From assembly GCF_009914755.1 (NCBI RefSeq), contig NC_060932.1: DNA of 64,000 nucleotides; one strand, given 5' to 3'. Numbering within the stretch: position 1 is the first letter of the stretch; each line of letters opens with the position of its first letter. The DNA comes from the human T2T-CHM13v2.0 reference genome, Homo sapiens. Below, one piece after another: positions 55,766-64,000 of the stretch. The translations under genes were made by a program, and so were the position numbers. Under the pieces are notes generated by a model. That model was not told the DNA's origin. It did no database searches and was given only the letters and a program-made list of their open reading frames with translations.

Positions 55766-56402
55766 GAGTGGTCTCCAGCCTTTTTGGCACCAGGAACCAG
55801 TTTTGTGAAAGGTGATTTTTCCACAGACAGGGTGGGAGTAGAGAGGGATGGTTTCAGGATGATTCTAGCATATTACATTTATTGTGCATTTTATTTCATT
55901 ATGACTACATTATAATATATTATAATATATAATGAAATAATGACACAACTGGCCATAATGTAAAATCAGTGGGAGCCCTGAGCTTGTTTTCCTGCAACTA
56001 GACAGTCCCATCTTGGGGTGGGGAGACAGTGACAGATCATCAGGCATTCGATTCTCATAAGGAATGTGCAGCCTAGATCCCTCACACGCACAGTTCGTAA
56101 TAGGGTTCGTGCTCTTATGAGAATCTAATGCTGCTGCTGACCTCACAGGAGGCGGAGCTCAGGCGGTAATGCCAGCGATAGGGAGCAACTGTAAATACAG
56201 ATGAAGCTTCACTCACATGCCCGTGGCTCACCTCTTGCTGTGCGGCCCAGTTCCTAACAGGCCACAGACCTGCACCCACCTCCTGCTGTGCAGCCCAGTT
56301 CCTAACAGGCCACAGACCTGCACCCACCTCCTGCTGTGGAGCCCAGTTCCTAACAGGCCACAGACTGGCACCACTCTGTGGCCTGAGGATTGGGGACCCC
56401 TG
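55766..56402 (+). mobile_element. MER1A (hAT-Charlie), full length with internal expansion
   Basis: TTTTTGGCACCAGG start region, TTGGGGACCCCTG end, 8 bp TSD CTCTTAAG/CTCTTAAA. Confidence 0.92.
56229..56372. repeat. 48 bp tandem repeat x3
   Basis: CACCTCCTGCTGTGCAGCCCAGTTCCTAACAGGCCACAGACCTGCACC units at 56229, 56277, 56325. Confidence 0.95.
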
Positions 56403-58976
56403 CTCTTAAATATTCTTTGAGCCTATTCATTCCACAAGAGAGCAGAGCTAAAACTAGATTCAACAAGCAGGAGAACAAAGGGAGCTGCAGGACTCAGCCC
56501 CTCTGCCCACCTCCACAAGAGATTCTAGCCCAGTCCCTCTGCCTAGACCGCAGCCCTACCCAAAGTCACAGGAGGCTCCTTGTGCCAAGATCTTGTAGCG
56601 GCAAAGAAAGGCAAAGAGGTCAAGTCCTTGCACACCCAGCCAACTGCTTCCTCCTATGCATGTACATGTTTGTAGTTACAGAGGTCTGTGCCCTCACCCA
56701 ATATTCCCCATGGGTTTACAGACATGTTCACACGTGGGTGCAAGCTGATCTCCATTGTCAGTACACAGATGCCCATGAATAATGCCGTGGATATACACAT
56801 GTGTGTTGCACAAGCTACACAAGCTAAAGCTGGTAACCCAACCCTGAAGACCCTCACGAGCTGCTGTGGGGGATCTTGGCAACCACCCTTCCTTGCCAGC
56901 CAGGTCCTCACTGCTGGAGCAGGTAAGCTTATTCATCTTAGTTTCCTACATCTTCACCTCCATCAGCTGCTTCGCTACCCTGGATGGGCCAAGCACGGGG
57001 ACTGGACTACAGTGCAAGCTTTTTCGAGGGAAGTTGCAGAAGAGAATGCCAGTAAATAATCTCTGACTGGCTCAAAGTGCTGATAACCAGTTTATGGGGA
57101 GAAAATGTGCTGCTTGTAGTCTCCGGGAACTGAGTTTCTAGTTCATTTCCATCTGCGTGGGAGGGGAATGCAGGGACTACTGGAGGGTGGGTGATGTTGG
57201 TTTAAAAAAATGAAAATCCATTTCTTTTTCCTTTGTCCTGTGGTCCAACAAGGCAGAGCCTTGCAGTCTACAAGGAGGGGGTGTGAGTGGCCTCTGGCTA
57301 CATGGCAGGGCAGGGAGAAGCAAGAGGACAGGACCGAAGGCTCCCCACTCTGCACCAGGATGGGCACAGCCCAGGATGGAAGGGACTTGCTGAGGCCAGG
57401 CACAGCCAAGCTTTGGAGTCGCACAGAGGGCTGAATTCAAACCCTAGCTCTTTCACTGCTACCTTGTTGAGCTTGGGCATCTTAAGTAATCACTCTCAGC
57501 CTGGGAGTCTTTCATACATGGTAGGCGGTACAGAAGAATGGTTAAGAGCATCAATGCTGGAGTTACCTGCCTGGGTTTGATTACAAGCTCTGCCTCTTTC
57601 TCAACTGGTTGTCTGGAGAAAGTTGCACACCTTTCCTGTGCTTCATTTTTGTCATCTGGAAAATGCCTCGTTATAAAATTACTCAATAAATGTTAACTGT
57701 TTATGAAACAGTTTACCTGCAATAAAAACAACTTTAAGAAAAAAAGGGTTGAAAACGATTTACTCTCAGAATATGGGTACTCCAAGGATCACCTTTCTTT
57801 AGGAGAGGAGGGTCAACAGTAAAATGGTTGGCCTAGATGACCTCATGAAGTTACTCAGTTTGTCCATGTGTTTGAATAATGGACACCACTTGGTAAAAGA
57901 AATGTTCTAGACACTTTAATTCACACCACCATCCTGCCACGGTAGTATGCATTGAGCTTTGAGAGATATTGACTCCTGCCTTCTAGACACTGGCCACTTA
58001 AGAAATAGAGCCACAGAAAATCACAATATCAGCCGTATTAATGGTCAGGCTGAGTTGGACTTGGACCTGGGACCAGAATGGAGTCTCTTGTTAGTTCTTC
58101 CTATCCAATAAAACTATGTCTTCCCTGAAGACTCTTGGCCAGTCTCTTAGGGCCCCACAGCAGCAGGCAAAGGATCCCCAGACATGTGCAAGCAGGGAGA
58201 CCCTGGGCAGGGGACCAGGTGGCTCATTGCATGGGAACAGGGGTCAAAAAAAGAGAATGGGTTTCTTTATTGAGAAAGCTGAACTCAAAAGGGGGAGGTT
58301 GGTCATACATTGAGCATCAGTCTTTCTCCTAATCTCTCTATCCAGGGGAACAGTAAGTGTAGACAGAAAAATCAATGGTATATTTCCAATCCTGTATCCT
58401 CCTGAGAAACTATGCAAGCTGACAGTCAATGTCTGTCCTAAAAACGTGGCTATTCTCTGTCGACGATGTGGAGAGTGGTATTCAGAGAGGTCAAAGGACT
58501 TGTCTAGGAACATCAGACTGGCAGAGCTAATGTTGAAACCCAACCACAAATGCCTTGCTCTTCTCCTTACCCCACTGCATGTCCTGGATCATGCTGGGTC
58601 TGCATGCTCATCCGGACTCTTTCCAGCGGTCCCTAGCTGCTCATCAGAATAGCCTGAGTCTCTTCCTCCCAGGCCCACCGGCTGTTGCTTGGCTTGTCTG
58701 CACTCCACACTGTCAGGAGGCGACATTCATAGACAGTGATGACTAACCATCCTAACAAATGGTACAGAGAGTAAGTGCTAAAAGCGTTCAAAAATAGCCC
58801 AGAAAGCCCTGGGCACACACCAAAAGGGCAGAATGACACTCTGAGTATTTCAAAGAGGGAGACACAAGGAATGCCAGTGCTGAGCTGGAGTGACCCTTTC
58901 CCACACCACAAGGCTTGCAGGAGCTGCTGAGGCCAGTGTGGAGTGCAGGGCCACAGAAGGGCCCTCTGCCTGCCTC

Positions 58977-59011
58977 TGTGTGTGTGTGTGTGTGTGTATG
59001 TGTGTGTGTGT
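58977..59011. repeat. (TG)n microsatellite with one interruption
   Basis: Directly visible. Confidence 0.95.
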
Positions 59012-59789
59012 AACAAGCAGCCTTTAGCAGGAAGATGCTGCCCAGATAGAGGCCTTCCTGGATTCAAATACAATGAAGGGCCTGACCCTGCTTGTGTCTA
59101 AGCTCATGAAGGAAATCCTGCTGCTGTGAGATTGGACAGCTATGTGATGGTAAAAGCAAGGGAGTACAGAGGGAGAGCAGGCAACCAAGGGAACGAAGTC
59201 AAGGCAGGAATGACTAAAGAGGTGATCCTTGATTTCAATCCCCTTGATGGGCAGGGGCTCACAGGGCCTTTGTGCAGCTCAGACAACCCCAGCTGACAGT
59301 GGGGTCTCCTTCAGAGCTGTGGGTGTGCCCTGGAGTGCAGGTGCAGAGACAAGACTCCAGAGCAGAGAACAGCCCAAGTGTGAGAGATCTAAGGGAATCA
59401 GAAACCAAAAGTCAGGTTTAAGGCAGATAGTGGAAACCGGAGCAAAACCAAGGAGTGGAAAAGCCCAGGAGAGGGAAATGGGAAGAGCTGTTCTAGGAAA
59501 AAATCTAAATAAGGCATACAATTTTTTGTTGCATAGAACTGTCCTAGGCATTGCAGCCTTGGGCCCCACATTGAGAGAACCAAAGTCCTCTCACAAATTT
59601 GCCAACTATCAGTAGTGCCTCCCCTGAGGATCAATGTCTGATCCATGGGAATTCTGATAACACAATTACCATACTTCACCACACTGGGTTCAACACCACT
59701 GTCAAAGATAGGGCCCTGGAGCTCGCATTTTCCCTAAGAACGTAGCCTAATATATGGGGAATGTGCTAGGCTCAGCTAATTACACTTTG

Positions 59790-59940
59790 GTTTTTTATTT
59801 ATTTTTTACAGATGGGATCTTGCTTTGTACAGTATTGTGATCATAACTCTCTGCAGTTTTGAACTCCTGGCCTCAAGCGATTGTTCTGCCTCAACCTCCC
59901 AACTAGATGAGACTACAGGCACACACCACCAGGCCCAGCC
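59790..59940 (-). mobile_element. Fossil Alu monomer (FAM/FLAM-type) with internal deletion
   Basis: Single arm plus T-tract; TSD TAA(T/C)T(A/G)CACTTTG. Confidence 0.8.
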
Positions 59941-61153
59941 TAACTGCACTTTGATGCTAACTGACTCTCCATATTCATACCTTCTAGCTTCTCCATCCCT
60001 CCTGATCTTGAACATGTAAACAATGGCAGGTGGAAACGCCCTCCTGGCTTTCCTGTGACTAAAGGTTTTCACTGCCACTGCTGCTCACCATGCTAGGGGC
60101 ACCTGCCTCGCTCTTTGAGAAAGAAACCTGACATCCAGTGTTCTTCCTCATTCCTGCCTCTTGGATCCTCGAGATTTCAAAGGTGAGAAATCTTCTCTGA
60201 GCTCTCTATAAGCAGGCTTCTGATTAAATTGGAGAAGTTAGGCGATGAACACCAATACAAAGATTTTCATATTTTTTATTATAAATAGCCCAAATATTTG
60301 GTCCCATTTCCAGTTTAAATGGGTAAACCATAATATTGATGGTTTTCAACAGATGGAAGATGAATTGAGCTTCTCTACCAGCTAGCTGAACCACTTTTAA
60401 TGGGGAATATATCGAAGCTATAAATTCCTGCAGACAGTATTGCTATGCAATAGCATAATATATCTTCTATTCAATCTTTTATACATTATGTTTTGTCCTG
60501 CATTCCAGTGGATATATTTATGGATCTGAAGCTTTGCCATGAAGAGGCACCATGCACCTCCTCATTCCCATCTCTCAACATTTCCATGGCCTCTGGAGAT
60601 AGTCCTCTCTTGTTCTTGTTCTATGTAAAAGACCTGGAGTCTGACCCCTTTGTCCCCATGGGTAAGTTTTATCTCTGGGAACGAAGCTTTGTGGCCCCAA
60701 ACGTTTCTGGGACCTTAGTGCTCACTGAGAGGTAGAGACGCTATGGAAAATGAATGGATGCTTGTAAGTAGGAGAGCTGACCCCTTGCCCTCTCTCCTGA
60801 CACAGCAGTTGGGGACCTCTGGCTCTAGACACATTTTTATATCACAGGTAGAGAAGGCTAGAATGCTATTGCCACAGTCTATTTTTTTGGTGGTGGCGGT
60901 TTCTCCTATGAGACAAATCAAGACCTAGCAGTAGTTCCTATAAACTAAGTCTCTCTGTCACCAGCCCCACCCCTCAGAACTGGATGGGACCAAAATGCGG
61001 CAGACAGCACAGTCAGAGGGAAGAGCAGCTAACTCAAGCCAGAGTCTTGGAGACAGCTTGATCCAGGTCTGCCTTTGCTACTTCCCAGCTGTGTGACATG
61101 GGCGTTATCCAAAACCTCAGTTCTCTTATTCACAACAAGGATAACAGTACTTC

Positions 61154-61330
61154 TAGTGGTGTGCTGGTAAATATTCAATGCCCCTATTGTGTTTATTGCC
61201 TTTGTTTTTACTGTAATCTATTTCATTGTAAGTTTATATAATTTTATTTTTAGTAACAGGTTTAACAAGTGACTCACAGCATTTCTGAAATTTAACGGTC
61301 AGCTCTCCCGAGCTGGCCCCAGCACAGACT
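61154..61330 (-). mobile_element. MER63A-like hAT element inside a MIR
   Basis: AGTGGTGTGCTGGTAAATA terminus; TTGTAAGTTTATATAATTT. Confidence 0.65.
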
Positions 61331-61477
61331 CTGCATCCCACAGAGTGTGGCTGTGAAGGACCAGTCACTGAGGGCTCACACGTATGCACTAAGGCCTGGC
61401 AACCTTAGCGACAATGAGAATAATTTTGTCAACCTTAAAAATGATATTATCAACCTTAATAATAAGAGTGGGGAGAG

Positions 61478-61773
<296 letters not shown>

Positions 61774-62594
61774 GAGAGTGGGGAGAAGGGGAAGGGAGAA
61801 AGAGGGGGAAGTGGGTACTGGGAGATGATTTAGACCACTGTCAGCACTGAGGGAAGCCAGTGACCTCATCCTTTTCCAGTCAGAACATCACCGGGTAGCT
61901 TCCTCATTTGGCTTCCGCTTACCGCACTGGGAATTCTCCAAACGTCATACACAGCTATTTTCAAATGCCAGGGCGAGGCATACGTCCCAATGCTAAATTG
62001 AAGTGATGTTTGTATTTCTCATCAGTACCTGATCCACTGTTCCCTTCTCTCTGCATAAAACAGGAGTTGACTGTGAGCAGAGCTGCACAACCAGCTTCAC
62101 TGTTCCCAGGTAGACCCCGAGTGATTACAGACTGGATGACAAGGACGAATGAATGAAGCTTTTCTCCTCTGGTACAGTGTGACTGGTATGAACACCTACC
62201 TTGTAGGGTTGTTGTGAGGATTAATTGAGATAATCCATGTAAAGTGATTAGCCCGATGAATGTTTGCTGTTGCTCTTCTCCTTGGGCCTGAGGAAACCTA
62301 ATCTAATGGTATAGGTGTAGGGCAGCCATTCTGACATGGTGATTAGGTGTTCTGGCAAGCTTTTATCTTCCCTGCACTGTGAACCCGAGAGATTCCACCT
62401 GGCCCCCTTTCTGGACTTCCTATTATTTTCACTGTATTTGTTAACAGAAATAAAAATTCCCTGACCTAGAAATTTAAAGAGTCATGAGTTTCCCACATGA
62501 CATTCATAAAAAGAGACTGGATGGCTCTCCCCACAAAGAAGTCAACCAATCCTAGAAGCTTCAGGCTCGCCAAAAAATCAGAGATGGTCATTGA

Positions 62595-62960
62595 CTCTCC
62601 CTCCTCCTCCGGTCCTCCTCCTCCCCTACACTTCTCCTCTCCTCCCCTCCTCTTCCTCCTCCTCCCCCTCCTCCCTTCCCCTTTTCCTCCTCCTCTCCTT
62701 CCTCCTCCTCCTTCTCTCCCTCTTCCCCTCTTCCTTTTTCTCCTCTCCTCCCTTCCTCCCCTCATTTTCTTCCTCCTCCCCTTCCTCTCCTCCTCTCCCT
62801 CTTCCCCATTCTCCTCTCCTCCCCACCTTCTTTTTCTCTTCCTCCTCCTCTCCTCTTCCTTATTCCCTTCTTCTCCTCCTCCTCCTTTTCCCCTCCTCCT
62901 CCTCCTCCTCCTCTTCCTTTTCCCCTCCTCTTCCCCTCCTCCTCTTTCTCTTCCTTCTCC
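62595..62960. repeat. 366 bp polypyrimidine/polypurine (CCT/CTT-rich) tract
   Basis: Only 8 purines on the + strand. Confidence 0.97.
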
Positions 62961-63657
62961 AGAGATTAAGAGGAAAAGCACAAGGTCTGGAGTCAGAGGC
63001 CCTGGTCTGACAACAGCTCAGCAACTCTTGGCCAGGGGGGCTGGAGAAACCACCTCAGCCCTCTGAGCCTCAGTGCCCTCAATTGGAAAATGGGAACAGT
63101 CATTCCTAACTCAGAGGGCTGCTTTAAGGACTGATTTAAAAGACTTTGTAAACTGAACCCTGCTCCACCTGGGTTCATGGCTATTGTTAGTGTAGCAACC
63201 TGTGTCTTACAAAGCAGTTCAAATCCATTATCTCCTCTCAAGTTTATATCCCTAAAGGAGGTGCAGAAAATGGTGGTTTTGAAGGAGTTGCATGGAGCTG
63301 CTGGGTTGGAGCAAAAGCTTCACTCCGGGCTGAAGCAGGAAGTACTTGGGAACAATAGGGTGAAGCCAGCCTAAGAGTTTAGGCTCCACAGTGCTGGTAA
63401 TGGGATGCGTAGGAGATTGGAGCAGAGCAGTGACAGGTAATTGAATTTGCTGAATCTCGTGGAGTTGACTTGTTCTTGTCTCCATTCCCTCAAGTAAAGT
63501 CAGCCAGTTCTTGGGGTTTAACAACCATCTGTCTCTCTCCCACACAGAGGTAACAGGATACTGGAAGAGACTTTTCCTGGTACCCCAGAATTGACAACCA
63601 GAACCCCTATCTGGCAACAAAAAGGCACTGAGAATGCCATGTTCTAAAGAGAGCCTC

Positions 63658-63930
63658 CACAGAAAGACAAATACCGCACATCCTGATTCATAAGTGGGAG
63701 CTAAATAACGTGTACACACGGATGCAGAGAGTGGGTTGATGGACGACAGAGACTCAATCAGAAGGGTGAGGGGGTGAAGGGATGGCTGATGACAAATTAC
63801 TTAATAGGTACAGTGTATCTTATTCAGGTGATGGATACCCTAACAGGAGTGACTTGACAACTACACAATCTACGCATGCAACAAAACTGCACATGTACCT
63901 CCCATAAAATGATACAAATACATATATAAA
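63658..63930 (+). mobile_element. L1PB4-like 3' end, 5'-truncated
   Basis: TAAGTGGGAGCTAAATAACGTGTACAC, AAATTACTTAATAGGTACA; TSD TAAAGA(G/A)AGC. Confidence 0.85.
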
Positions 63931-64000
63931 GAAAGCTTTCAAAGTTAGACTCGGACCCTACTTCCACCCAGATGTAGTGCAAGGTGGCAGAGTAGGCTCT

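Noticed and set aside
56115-56420. Repeat-containing peptides (GLWPVRNWAAQQEV)
   Set aside because: In-frame read-through of the 48 bp repeat inside MER1A
62466-63066. 171-189 aa ORFs on both strands
   Set aside because: Low-complexity translations of the CT/GA tract, which cannot contain stop codons

Overview
Non-coding catarrhine-primate (most likely human) genomic DNA, intergenic or deep-intronic. I found no credible protein-coding exon, tRNA, rRNA or CRISPR array. ORFs with recognisable protein similarity are broken LINE-1 ORF2 pieces; the rest are Alu- or low-complexity-derived or chance ORFs. About half of the window is transposable elements: 11 Alu insertions (one young AluY with Yk-like diagnostics), 2 fossil Alu monomers, several L1s (an antisense 3.4 kb L1PA8-like copy and an ~11 kb same-strand nested L1 stack at 25.5-36.8 kb), L2/MIR remnants, MaLR/ERVL LTRs and DNA transposons (MER6, MER20, MER2, MER47A, MER53, MER1A, MER63). 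Subfamily names come from recalled consensus diagnostics and need RepeatMasker/Dfam confirmation. The strongest structure not explained by routine repeat annotation is a ~145 bp, ~90% identical inverted repeat (44991-45141 / 46201-46393) around a 1.06 kb spacer that holds a candidate non-coding exon. Also notable: a near-perfect 4x84 bp VNTR inside an old L1, a TSD-bounded L1 whose 5'UTR joins directly to mid-ORF2, a tail-less L1 fragment that looks locally templated between 21 bp direct repeats, and several motif-rich candidate regulatory elements. I found no evidence of a new gene system.
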